Shown: in pieces, positions 27,182 through 39,721 of the stretch
Position numbering within the stretch: the first letter of the stretch is position 1
How the letters are laid out: the number at the start of each line of letters is the position of its first letter
Source: Chara braunii
Taxonomy: Eukaryota; Plantae; Charophyceae
Reading direction: 5' to 3'
Assembly: GCA_003427395.1 (NCBI GenBank)
Contig: BFEA01000034.1
Location: 858,549 to 922,548 of the forward strand
Length of the DNA stretch: 64,000 nt
The notes under the pieces: generated by a model
Seen by the model: the letters and a program-made list of their open reading frames with translations, nothing else
Databases searched by the model: none
Told to the model about the DNA's origin: nothing
Translations under genes and position numbers: made by a program

Positions 27182-27790
27182 AATAATGACTACTTACATT
27201 CATCATCTTCGCATTACCACTGTCATTATTATTATTATTATATTTATCGTTTATTTTGTTATTATTTTTGTTATTAACTTATTATGATTATTATAGCAAG
27301 CCATAAGCCATGACACGTACGCGAGCAAAGCAATATGGCATAAGGTACGCACGATCCGTAGATAGGTAGAATAAGCAAATCGAAAGGAGACAGTGTATAG
27401 TTCCACGTTTCAGCGGAAGGTTCATTCCATTTTGTCCATCCTATCGATGGTGTGTGTATGTGTGTGTGTGTGTGTGAGTATGAAAGTTTTATCCTTCCCC
27501 TGTAAGTTCACCATCTCTCTCTCACCTCTCGCTACCTGACTTCGCTGCATCAGCAGACTATGAGAGAGAGAGAGTTTGGTGACATTGGATCCGGAGTCAA
27601 CAGGGGACTTCAGGCATTCTGAAGAGGGAATGTTTGGGACTTGTAACGAGACTTGGTGTTGGCGACTTTCCTATTTTCCCCTTCGGCTTCTTCGTCTTAT
27701 CCCTCCTCTTCGTCTTGGTATGTCTGGACCTGACACCTCCCTCCAGTGTATAGCATCGGGCCCCTTCACACCGTGTGGTGAGAATGGTGT
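25985..27790. repeat. Diverged ~200-bp direct repeat (~25985-26200 and ~27565-27790) bracketing three ~90-nt hairpin units
   Basis: gagagag.ttggtgacatt.ggatcc...gaagagggaa..tttgggacttgtaa.gagacttggtgttg appears twice. Hairpins lie at 26506-26594, 26900-26990 and 27362-27448. Confidence 0.75.
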
Positions 27791-28329
27791 GTGTTTGGTC
27801 TACCTTGCGACATTGATTAGGCTAGTCATCAGTATTCCAGCATTCTGCTTCGCTACCTTGTACTTCGTGAGTGAGGACAGTCCTGGTCGGGCCTGTCTTG
27901 TATCTAAGTCTTCCCTACATTATTCAGCTTCGTTATGCACGTATGAGAATGCACGGTTCTTGTCAAGATTTTGTTCGCGCCCCATTGCATATTCAGTCCT
28001 GTTCATCGCATGCGGATCCTTGGTTTACATCGCCATCCAGTCAGGGAAACAGAAGGGGCAGAGATCGAAGGTGAAGAAGAAGGGGGAAAGGAGAAGGAAA
28101 GGAGGAGGGGAGGAGAAATGGAGAAGGAGAAAGTGAAGAAAGGAGAGAGAAAGGAAAGGAGAGGGAAGATTGAAGGGAAGAAGAAGGAGATGGAGAAAGA
28201 GAAGGAGAGGAAGAAAAGGGGTGAAGTAAGGGAGAGAGAGAGGAGAAGAGAGGAGAGGGGGTGATGATGACAATGGGATGATGGTGGTAACGATGATGAT
28301 GACGAAGGGTGATGATAATGATGATGTGA

Positions 28330-28651
28330 GGGCATTTACTGTGTATTGGCGATGGTCTGCATAGGCAGCATCTTCAAGTCCTTCGGGTTGCCGCTGACGT
28401 CAATAGTAGCACTGTCTTTTGTAGTCTGTAATAGCTGAATAGGAGCAGGCTGGGCGCTGAGCGCCAAGTACGAATATGACTGAACCGGGCTCTTGTGTTG
28501 AGAGGGGAGAGTATGCTCTCCGTTGGCATTGGTTCTCGGGGCTATAAACCTCTGTTTGATGTGTTATTGGTGCAATGCTGTCATATGGACACGGTGAGAT
28601 TATTTGGATGACAATATCTGGGATTGTCATCTCGCTATTGCTTTTCACTGC

Positions 28652-28729
<78 letters not shown>

Positions 28730-29589
28730 TTCTAACGATCAGACCACTCTCTTCCCTACCTCCACGTAGCATCTGTGAGCTGGGAAGGGGATGAGGTGGT
28801 GAAACGAAGAGAGGGAAATGTACCTCGTTAGGAGGAGATCGACATTGGGGTTGACATCGTCACTCGCTGGTAGCCAAATTGTCTGGTTGCTGTCATACTG
28901 TAGTTGAAGTGATAGGCTGTAGAGTAGATAGGGCGCCTGGCGCCATTCAGAAAGTTACATTGGGTTATGATGTTGGTGTTGCCCTGTTGGGCTTGTACAT
29001 TGACTCACGATTCTTCGGTATCATTATCAAATGGATGGTTACTCGGTTCCAATGTGCTACCTGCTTTTTACTTTGACTTCAGTGTGATTTGCAAATTGGG
29101 TTTCTTCGCTACGTCCAATACTCACCTTCCTCACATTACTATTATTATTGTTGTTATTATTATTATTATTATTTTATTATTATCACTATTATTATTATTA
29201 TTGTACTATGATCATTATTATTAGAGTACCCGTGTCTGAACGGGGATACAACAGAAAGGCATTGGCCGAAATCTACTAGTACTTGGGAAGCTGTTGACGT
29301 CGTCCTCAACATTGTAGTCTAGGCTAGACAGGATCTGCCATCTGTAGTCAGGGCGTCGGGGAGCCAGATAGGATATCAAGCTCTGGTTCTTCGTTAATGA
29401 TGATGAGACTACTCCAACATTCTCAATTATGAGCTTTTGCAATGCTCTTCTTTGAATGCAATGTTGTTGTTTGTTCGATGGTCACGACTACCTGATCTGT
29501 GTGTATGATACTGTTTGATTGCTGAAAATTGTTGATTACTCATCTCCCTTGCTTATTTATATTATTATTATTGTTATTATTATTATTGA

Positions 29590-29653
<64 letters not shown>

Positions 29654-30974
29654 CAATCAGACTCGCTTTCATTCACACTTTTCACGCCTGTAAACAACAG
29701 CACAACAAACTCTCGATACGCCCACTCAATACTCATAGGTATGGCTTCCAGATAAGAATTCACTTCCATTGGCTATGGCGATTCAGCGCCTGGCAGCCTC
29801 CCTATTTGCTACTGCGTCCTAACTCTACTGATTGCGCGCACTCGACTCAGATCGCGCGGGATACCCCGCACGCAACTCTATGAACACCCATCGCCTACGG
29901 GTAAGTTTGTATTGTCTTCACTTCAACCACCTCCTTCTTCGGACACTTTTTACAGACCACCTCGCACAAGGCGTTGTGGCCGACATCGGCATGATTCATA
30001 CAACTATGAATGAATGGTTGAATGATGCCCTGATTAATACTTCTGGTCGCCGGGTCCCTGATGCACGCAGCCCCACGTGACACTTGTTGATTGGACAGAG
30101 TAAGGCTAGGAATGGGATACCGTTGACTCAACGAGGATAAATTTCATCGTTTGGCCACTTGCATCCGACCTACTGCAGGCAAGGTTTGAAGGGGCCGCAT
30201 CCGGTTCTTCCGGAAGTAAGTAGAGTTGACCCTTTAAAATTGTAGCAGCTATAACTTGGATCTCTTAGGACTGTAGCAACTACAACCTCGATCCTTCGGA
30301 AGTCCTACGCAGCTACTGACTACGGAACTGACCTACGGTCTAAGGCTTGACAGCAAAGCACAGATAAGCTGATGTGGCAAGACGGAGAATGACAGACCTA
30401 GCGAAGACAAATACGAACTCGTGCAGATAGATACAGGACTCAGACAAATANAGATTCAGAACCACTAATGCGGTCACACAAGTGACACAAACACGGATAC
30501 ACTATGATAGAGACGACAGTCACACGGTAACACAGACTAAGATGCTGTGACACAAACGGAGGTGGCAGTCGCACAATCAGTATGAACACAGACTATGACG
30601 TGCACTAGGACACAGACACCGGGTATGGTGATAAGGGTGATGATGATGTAGGGGGCACTTACCTTGAATTGGCGCTGGTCTGCCTGAGCGACCTCTTCAA
30701 GTACTTCGGGTTGCCGCTGATGTCAAACANTTGCATTATCTTTTGGAATCTGTAATAGCTGTGTAGGAGTTGGCTGGGCCCTGAGCACAAGTAGAAGAAT
30801 GAGGGGGTTGGACTCTTTTGTTGATAAGAAGAAAGTATGACTCTTCTTGACATCGGTTTTCAGTTCCATGAACCTCCATTGGGGTACTATTGGTGCAATG
30901 CTGCTCCCAGGACACAGTGTGACTATCTGACTTTCTATATGATGGTGTGGACTGGAAATGCCATCTCGCTGTTA

Positions 30975-31021
<47 letters not shown>

Positions 31022-31195
31022 TGCTTGATAGCCTCGCGGCATCTGCAAGCAGGTAGAGAGAGAGAATCGGCACTAATGTTGACAACATCGCTCACCAGTC
31101 GTCAAATTGATCGGTTGTTTGCATGCCGTAGTTGTAGAAATGGGCCGTAGTGTAGATAGGGCACCAGTCGCCATTCAAGAGTAAGAGCTACATTG
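28330..31195 (-). mobile_element. Nest of LTR-like modules separated by (ATT)n tracts; includes a full ~1.3-kb unit at 29652-30976
   Basis: The modules are paralogous to each other and to 35435-39065, and each abuts an (AAT)n tract. Confidence 0.55.
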
Positions 31196-31440
31196 AAAAG
31201 AAAAAAGATTCGAGAGAGCATCGCGGAAGCGGATTTGAGAATGCGAAAACGGAACGTACCAGCAAGCAAGAGCACGGATCAAAAGTTTCAGTCCCATCAA
31301 GTCAGCGCGTTCTTTCAAAGCTGAAAGAACGCAATGAGTCCCCCCCTTCGACTCCCGCCCCACGGAGCCGTGCCAGCGGTGCCGAGAACCGTCCGCCCAG
31401 GGCCCCCGAGAAGAGGTCACGGGAAGATCAAATCACAAAG

Positions 31441-32993
31441 GTGCACCGCACCACAAAGAAGAGAATCTCCTACAAAAAGGACACAACGGTGGACATGATC
31501 GATCTGAGAGGGTCGGGCAATATGCACAGCGGAGCCCGAGAGGAAGCAGAGGAGGAACACGACCACCCCTCATCGGAAAAGTCCGACAGGGAGGATGACA
31601 ACGCATCAAGGGACGAGGTCGACGACAGTGAGACCTCCCACGGACATCCTCGCGACACTGACGAGGCTGACGACGACGACGGCGGGAGTGACGACGGCAC
31701 CGCGCACGAAGAGAGTGACGGTGGGTCAGCCCAAGACGACAGAAGCGCATCTAGAAGAGCGAGTTCCCCGTCCCCATCCGGAACACAACACACGAGGGTC
31801 CCCGGGAGGAACACAACGCACGAGGGCAGCGCTCCCGACACGCCTTCCATTGGCAGACAAATAGTGAGGCACGCTAATACTGCTGGAAAAGGTAAACAAA
31901 GTACGCTGAAGTTGCCGCCCTTGCAAAACGATTACATTCGGACTCGCAAAGTTCAGGCACATTGATGAAGCAAGGATTTTACTTTGATGAACATGTGGTT
32001 GAAATGGACTGTCGAATGTCGCTAGTGCTAAAATGTATCTGGACTGCCGAGTTCTAAAATTTTGTTATGTGCGTTGTGATGTCTGTCTCCCAGCAGATGA
32101 CACGAACTCGCAAGCAAAAGTGTGCGCGAATAGTGGAGGACAACGTCAAGAAAATGAAGAGTCCTGCGCATTCAAAAAGAGAATGAGGGGCAGGTTGTTC
32201 CGCTCGGTCGCGAAAGCCTTTGCGTTCTCTGCAGCAAAGGACGCAACTCTCTACCCTACAGAGGATGCATTTTTCACATCGCTGCAAACCACGGCCAAAC
32301 TGGTGGGGGAGATTGCAGAGGAAGGACTGCGCTCACACGTAGCGTCCTGCGGGATTCAAGCAGTCATAGGGGAGTGCAACAGAATGATGACGACCGTGCG
32401 TGGAGAAATAACATGCTAACTGAAATATTGGTTTTGGGCTGAAAAAGGGATCCCGCTTGTGCGGTCGCAGCAAACAGATCATCAGCTCTCCACTCGCAAC
32501 AAGATGCGCCCAGAGATGAAGGAAAATAAAACGTGGAGACGGAGCGGCGATGATCCTTGGGGCGCCCCTGCCTTCAAGACGGCACTCACCAAGGTTTTTT
32601 CAGATGAGGAGGGACGGCGTCAACCTTGGAGTGACACTGCAGCAATTGGCTTTTGCGGAGATGGTTATGCAATGCGAAATGGAGCAGACAACAAAGACCA
32701 CCAAAGCAGCGGAGCAGATTGAAAAATTGGTTTCTATAAAGCAAGACATCGTATCATCTCTTCTTAGCCGCGATACAGTCATGAGTTTTTCGATCTTCAA
32801 GTTGGATCGTGCCGTATCCGTAACTCAGAAGGTTGCTGCGCTGTTTCGAGCTGGTGTGCTGTCTGGACACAGGAGTGGGCCTCCTACCACCACAATAACG
32901 GATGATGATTTCGACCTCGAGTTCATTGCACCTCAGCGTGAGAGAAGCAGAAACGAGGAGAGGGATACAGAAGGTCTGTGCGCCAGACCTTGA
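31441..32993 (+). pseudogene. Decayed gene of unknown function (acidic low-complexity exon plus globular exon); probably a TE accessory gene
   Basis: Acidic ORF 31441-31965 and a plausible intron (GTAAAC at ~31892 to CAG at ~32093). ORFs 32033-32419 and 32459-32722 share a frame across one stop, then shift into 32550-32993. Confidence 0.45.
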
Positions 32994-33114
32994 ACAGCGG
33001 TGGGCGGGTGTCGTAGTAGTGTACATCAGAGGTTGATTTTGGAATCTTTGAATCAGAAGGTTCATTACCCAACATCGCAGTCATTGCATGCTTGTGAGAG
33101 AGAGCAGGATAGTT

Positions 33115-33176
<62 letters not shown>

Positions 33177-33530
33177 GGGAGATGAAGACACTGAACTGTG
33201 TGCTTCGAACAGTCACTTAACAAGACATGGTCTGCTATTTATGACACACAAATGTACAATGCCTTCTAATGGTCATCTTTATGTATTTGGTCCTTGAGCG
33301 ACTATGTTATGAAAAAAAAAGAGCAACCGTGGTTGTCCTCAATGCAAGGTTGGGTTGTGCATGCCACTATCTCTCTCATGCTCACATGTTGCTAGAATTG
33401 TGTCACGCAGTGGTGAACCGTGTTTGTTGCAGGGAAGGTCACGATTTAACTGAGGCTTCCACACGTGTGGCCACATATAGAATGAAGCAACAGCAATCCT
33501 GCGGACTCAAAAGGAAGGTTGGCTACTGCG

Positions 33531-33624
<94 letters not shown>

Positions 33625-33809
33625 TTCAGTCATTGCTTTTGTTGCATGCGAGGTCCGCCAGAAGACCCAACACATGACATTTGCGAAATTGCACAGCGAA
33701 TCGTCCAACAGTAGAAAAGGACGGGAACAAACCACGAAAACCCACGACATGAGCACTGCGAAACGAATTTTCCCCCCCCATACAAAACGCGGACCATACA
33801 GGAAAGGTG

Positions 33810-34161
33810 AAACGTTTTCAGCACGTTTCAACAAGCTTTCAACACAGTTCAATAAGTTTTCAACAAGTTTCAACATGTTTTCAACACGTTTCAACAAGCT
33901 CTCAACAACTCTTCAACAACTTTTCGAAAAGTTTTCAACAATTGTTCAACAGTTGGACCAACATCATTTCAACAGTTGGACCAACAGATGAACACACCAG
34001 TTTCAGTTTTTCCAATATTTGGTCAGCGTTGGTTTCCTTTGCTTTTGGGAGAACACATGACCCCCCCCCGCCAAACAGTTTATAAACACAGTTCCAACGG
34101 TTGAAATATGGTGTCCACATATGTTCATCAAGGCCAAAAATTTGCCACAATTTTTCTGTTG
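33810..34161 (+). mobile_element. Right-hand terminus of a TIR DNA transposon: subterminal TTTCAACA repeats plus a 21-bp terminal motif
   Basis: TTTGCCACAATTTTTCTGTTG (34141-34161) is the exact reverse complement of 63608-63628. Both are backed by TTYCAACA repeat arrays. Confidence 0.6.
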
Positions 34162-34164
34162 AAA

Positions 34165-35380
34165 GTCGTTTCCTTTGATCGTCGGCACATAGCGTAGCTG
34201 CGAGGGTTTAAACTGCATGTCCGTAGGTCTGCTGCCATATGTAGGTCATAGGTAGGCAGTCCGTAGCAGAATCATCGAAAGCAGTTTCGGCACAAATAGC
34301 AGAAGGTTGGTCCTAGTCTTACTTAGCTGAGTCAGTGGTTCATAGTCCTATTGCTTACGTAATCAATTCAATAGTGCCAAGTGGAACTGTCCACACCACG
34401 GGCTTGGGCCTCATACCGGCGAACTAAGTCAAGGCTAAGTGTAATAAAGAAAACGCGAACGGACCTTCATGCATACCTCTGTTGATGTGGTGGTGTTATA
34501 GTAGTGCTTTGGGCAGGGAAGTCTGCATTTTCTCAAACCTGCGAGGGTGTAGGGTGGTCTGGCTTATTAGCTAGTGGTAGGGAGAAGACATCAATCACAG
34601 TACGGACACCGTCTCAGCATAACGTAGACATAATATAGGTACAGACTTCAACACAACTATCTTAGTTCAGGCACAGAGCACAGTCTCAGATCCAGATAGC
34701 ACACAGACTCAGCACAGTTATGCAAACCCACAGACATAGCATGGACTGAGAAGTTTGTGTTACCTGTACCTTTTGTGAATCTGTGTGTGACTGTGTACTC
34801 GGTAGAGACTGTGTATCCGTGCGTGTCTGGGTAGTCCATGTAGTCTGTGTATCTGTGTACGCGTGGGTAGTCCGTGTAGTCTGTGCATCTGCGTGTGCGC
34901 GCGTGGCCTGCCTTGAACCTGCGCCTGGGTCTCAGTACCTACACCCAGGCCCACGAAGTACAGTAGCGCCCTTTATGCTCGGGCTACCGTCCAGATGCAA
35001 ACCCTTTCCGATATCCCATTGGTACGCTTGGCCTTTACTACGTTGATGCCGCTTCCTGATTGGCCATCGTCCAATGTGTGATGTGTCGGCCTCCCTTGGA
35101 CTGTGCCCAGGGCTCAATCAATTGAGGCCCTGGGCTCAACTGCTTCTCGCAGAATTCTGGGTTCCAAGATGCACTCCAACCAACTGGCGTGCTGCAACTG
35201 TCGGAGGCCCACTTTCAAAATGTTGACAGAAAGGCCTGTTTGTAGATATTCTGACCAGCCTTCACTTAGGGCGGTCACATGTCTGGCCCGCCTTTACTTA
35301 GGGCGGACACGAGGCCTGCTGAGGCCTTAGCCCAAAACACATGCAGGGCAGCAAGGCTCCTACGAGGTTTCAACCCTTAC

Positions 35381-35381
<1 letters not shown>
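34165..35381. mobile_element. Possible LTR fragment ending ...CCCTTACA at an (AAT)n tract
   Basis: The end CCCTTACA (TGTAAGGG on the other strand) abuts (TAA)n. Internal ACAGACT/CTGTGT-type repeats resemble those in the neighbouring LTR-like units. No ORF. Confidence 0.35.
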
Positions 35382-35425
<44 letters not shown>

Positions 35426-35434
35426 TAATAATAG

Positions 35435-35843
35435 TGCAAGGAAGATGAGCAATAGCGAACTCCAGCAATCAAACAGCATCATACATATGAGTCCAGATAG
35501 TCTTGACCTCGAACCAACAACAGAAATGCATCACGAGATTCATCAAATAAGAGCACACCAATAGTTCATAATTGAAAGTGCTGAAATTGTCCCATCATCA
35601 TCATCAACGAAGAACCAGAGTTGGTATCCTATTTGGCGCTTGGCGCCCAGACTACAGATGGCTGGTCCTATCTAGCCTATGCTGCAATGCTGAAGATGAT
35701 GACAGCAAGCTTTCCCACAATACGAGCAGGCAGGGGCCATTGCCGCCTGCTTCAGGCACTGGGTAAGTCCCTCGCTCCCCTCACTACCTCGATCCTTTAC
35801 AGACAGATACCACCTGTACTCCACCTACCGTGCAAATAATAAC

Positions 35844-35893
<50 letters not shown>

Positions 35894-37192
35894 TAAAAAT
35901 AATAATAATAATAATAATGAAACGGTATTCACCACTTCGCAGTAGCTGATGCAGATCCCAGGGCTCGATCCCTAGTTCCCTACCTTACCTGTGTACAGTA
36001 ACTGTGTCAACCCGTAGATTTCAACCCGCAACCTGTAGGACTGCCAGTGGTAGGTAGGATTTCGTAGGTCACAGGGCAGAAGGGACTCGAACTGTAGACC
36101 TGTCGGGTAGGAGTTTAGACAGTCCAGAGATCGTAGTTGTAGGCTCTCTGAAGGGTCAAGGTCGTAGCTGCTACTTACCTGAAAAGGCAAAGTCGTAGCT
36201 GCTACAATACCGAAAGGCCAAGATAGAAGTTTCTAGAAGTGGCCTTTCGGAATCAGCCTACGCTAGGCAGAGGCAAGTGGTTAAGCGGTGGCAGTCCACC
36301 TCGTACAGTCAGCAACCCCAGGCCACCCAGTCCGGTGCAGTCAAGCAAGTACCATCTGGGACCGTGTGCACCATGGGCCAGAGGTTACAGAGCAGACCAA
36401 CGCATCACAGAAGCATAAATCAAGAGGTTGCGCCCAACCATTTATTCATTCATGCGGAAGCCATGCGAAAGCGCTGCTTCAGCGTCTTGTGCACGGAGGT
36501 TTGTTGAAGGCCCGAAGACAAAGTGGGCGAGAGCGAAGCAGGGTAGCCATAGCGATAGGTAGCGGCAACCATAGCTCCCATAGCTTAGTATAGGGTGCAG
36601 TGTGTGTGTACTATGTGAGTGTTCAGAGTGATGTGCGTGGGACATCCATGGTGATCCAGAGTGTGAACAGTGAGTTGTTTGGGCGCACAGCCGCCATAGC
36701 CAACTGAAAGAGAACTCTCTTATCTGGTTGCGACATCTCTGAGTACTGTGTGGGCGCATGTCGCCAGTTTGTCTACTACTGTTCACGTGTGAATAAGTTG
36801 AGTCTGATTGCAATAATAATAATAATAATAATAAATATGCAAAGAACATGACTGCGGACGAAGCTTAGAATTTCAAATCGCAAAATCACACTGAAGTTCG
36901 AGCATTCAAAGCATGAGCAGATAGCACAATGGAACCGAGCAACCATCCATTTGAGAATGATACCGCAGGATCGTAAGTCAATGTCAAAGCCCGATCGGGC
37001 AACTCCAACAACATAACCCAATGTAACTCTTACTCTTTAATGACGACTGACGCCCTATCTACACTACGGCCTATTTCTACAACTACGACATGCAAACAAC
37101 CGATCAATTTGACGACTGGTGAGCGATGTTGTCAACATTAGTGCCGATTCTCTCTCTCTACCTGCTTGCAGATGCCACGAGGCTATAAAGCA

Positions 37193-37227
<35 letters not shown>

Positions 37228-38558
37228 TAACAGCGAGATGACATTTCCAGTTCACACCATCACATAGAAAGTCAGATAGTCACACTGTGTCCAGGGAGCA
37301 GCATTGCACCAATAGTACCCCAATGGAGGTTCATGGAACTGAAAATCGATGTCAAAAAGAGTCATACTTTCTTCTTATCAACACAAGAGTCCAGCCCCCT
37401 CATTCTTCTACTTGTGCTCGGGGCCTAGCCTACTCCTACACAGCTACTACAGATTCCAAAAGATAATGCAATTGTTTGACATCAGCGGCAACCCGAAGTA
37501 CTTGAAGAGGTCGCTCAGGCAGACCAGCGCCAATTCAAGGTAAGTGCCCCCTACATCATCATCACCCTTATCACCATACCCGGTGTCTGTGTCCTAGTGC
37601 ACGTCATAGTCTGTGTTCATACTGATTGTGCGACTGCCACCTCCGTTTGTGTCACAGCATCTTAGTCTGTGTTACCGTGTGACTGTCGTCTCTATCATAG
37701 TGTATCCGTGTTTGTGTCACTTGTGTGACCGCATTAGTGGTTCTGAATCTNTATTTGTCTGAGTCCTGTATCTATCTGCACGAGTTCGTATTTGTCTTCG
37801 CTAGGTCTGTCATTCTCCGTCTTGCCACATCAGCTTATCTGTGCTTTGCTGTCAAGCCTTAGACCGTAGGTCAGTTCCGTAGTCAGTAGCTGCGTAGGAC
37901 TTCCGAAGGATCGAGNTTGTAGTTGCTACAGTCCTAAGAGATCCAAGTTATAGCTGCTACAATTTTAAAGGGCCAACTCTACTTACTTCCGGAAGAACCG
38001 GATGCGGCCCCTTCAAACCTTGCCTGCAGTAGGTCGGATGCAAGTGGCCAAACGATGAAATTTATCCTCGTTGAGTCAACGGTATCCCATTCCTAGCCTT
38101 ACTCTGTCCAATCAACAAGTGTCACGTGGGGCTGCGTGCATCAGGGACCCGGCGACCAGAAGTATTAATCAGGGCATCGTTCAGCCATTCATTCATAGCT
38201 GTATGAATCATGCCGATGTCGGCCACAACGCCTTGTGCGAGGTGGTCTGTAAAAAGTGTCCGAAGAAGGAGGTGGCTGAAGTGAAGACAATACAGACTTA
38301 CCCGTAGGCGATGGGGTGTTGATAGAGTTGCGTGCGGGGTATCTCGCGCGATCTGAGTCGAGTGCGCACAATCAGTAGAGTTAGGACGCAGTGGCAAATA
38401 GGGAGGCTGCCAGGCGCTGAATCGCCATAACCAATGAAAGTGAATTCGTATCTGGAAGCCATACCTCTGAGTATTGAGTGGGCGTATCGACAGTTTGTTG
38501 TGCTGTTGTTTACAGGCGTGAAAAGTGTGAATGAAAGCGAGTCTGATTGTATAATAAT

Positions 38559-38598
<40 letters not shown>

Positions 38599-39065
38599 TA
38601 ATAATATCAATAATAATAATAACAATAATAATAATATAAATAAGCAAGGGAGATGAGTAATCAGTAATTTTCAGCAATCAAACAGTATCATACACACAGA
38701 CCAGGTAGTCGTGACGATCGAACCAACAGCAGCATTGCATTCAAAGAAGAGCACTGCAAAAGCTCATAATTGAGAATGCTGGAGTAGTCTCATCATCATC
38801 AACGAAGAACCAGAGCTTGATATCCTATCTGGCTCCCCGGCGCCCAGACTACAGATGGCAGATCCTGTCTAGCCTAGACTACAATGTTGATGACGACGTC
38901 AACAGCTTCCCAAGTACTAGCAGATCCCGGCCAATGCGTTTCTGTTGTAGCCCCGTTCAAACACGGGTACTCTAATAATAATGACCATAGTACAATAATA
39001 ATAATAATAGTGATAATAATAAAATAATAATAATACAACAATTATAACAACAATAATGATAGTAA
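35435..39065 (+). mobile_element. Nest of LTR-like units in (AAT)n: ~35435-36811, partial ~36838-37195, 37226-38551, partial ~38640-38970
   Basis: Units start TGCAAGG/TGCAAAG/TATAACAG, and the long ones end GAGTCTGATTG(C/T)A (TGCAA...TTGCA inverted termini). Internal blocks are shared. Confidence 0.55.
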
Positions 39066-39721
39066 CTAACTAAGTGCCCGCGGTGCGGGCGGTGCGGGCA
39101 ATGCCCGCAAAAAAAAAATAAAAAAAAATGAAAAAAGTTAGGCCCAGACAAAGCTGCAAATTTCATTTTATTTCACCACTATTAACGAATTCAAGAAATG
39201 GAACACGCATAGACAGACAGAGAAAGGGAGAGAGAAAGAGAGAGAGAGGGAGGGACAGAGGAGAGAGAGATAGCGAGATATGGAGACACACAAAGACAGA
39301 AAGAGAGAAATCAATAAAAGAGCAAAGAATAAAAAAAGATCAACATCAGTATAAAAACAGAAGAAGTTTAACATGAACATTATTGACGCATTAAAGTTAG
39401 CAAGCGGCCGCAGTATGATCAAGGCACAATGATTGCGCAATGGAATCGACCTTAACGTAAAAAAATGTAATACTGTCAACTCAAAATTATNNNNNNNNNN
39501 NNNNNNNNNNNNNNNNNNNNNNNNNNNNNNNNNNNNNNNNNNNNNNNNNNNNNNNNNNNNNNNNNCCCTCCCATTTATTTATGTCTCTCTTCCTATCTTT
39601 CTTGCAAGGGTAACTACTCAACCATAACCGAAGCTGATCATAAAAAATATGTTATTAACGTAACGCTTGGATAAACAATGAATCAACAGCTTTCTCTTCC
39701 CTATCTCTGTCATAAGACCAA

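Larger units (their letters stand above)
29140..39065. repeat. ~2.05-kb inverted duplication: arms ~29140-31195 and ~37019-39065, ~5.8-kb spacer
   Basis: Paired ORFs 29895-30131(-)/38071-38307(+) and 30659-30853(-)/37349-37543(+). Mirrored coordinates sum to ~68202 across the core of the arms. Confidence 0.95.
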
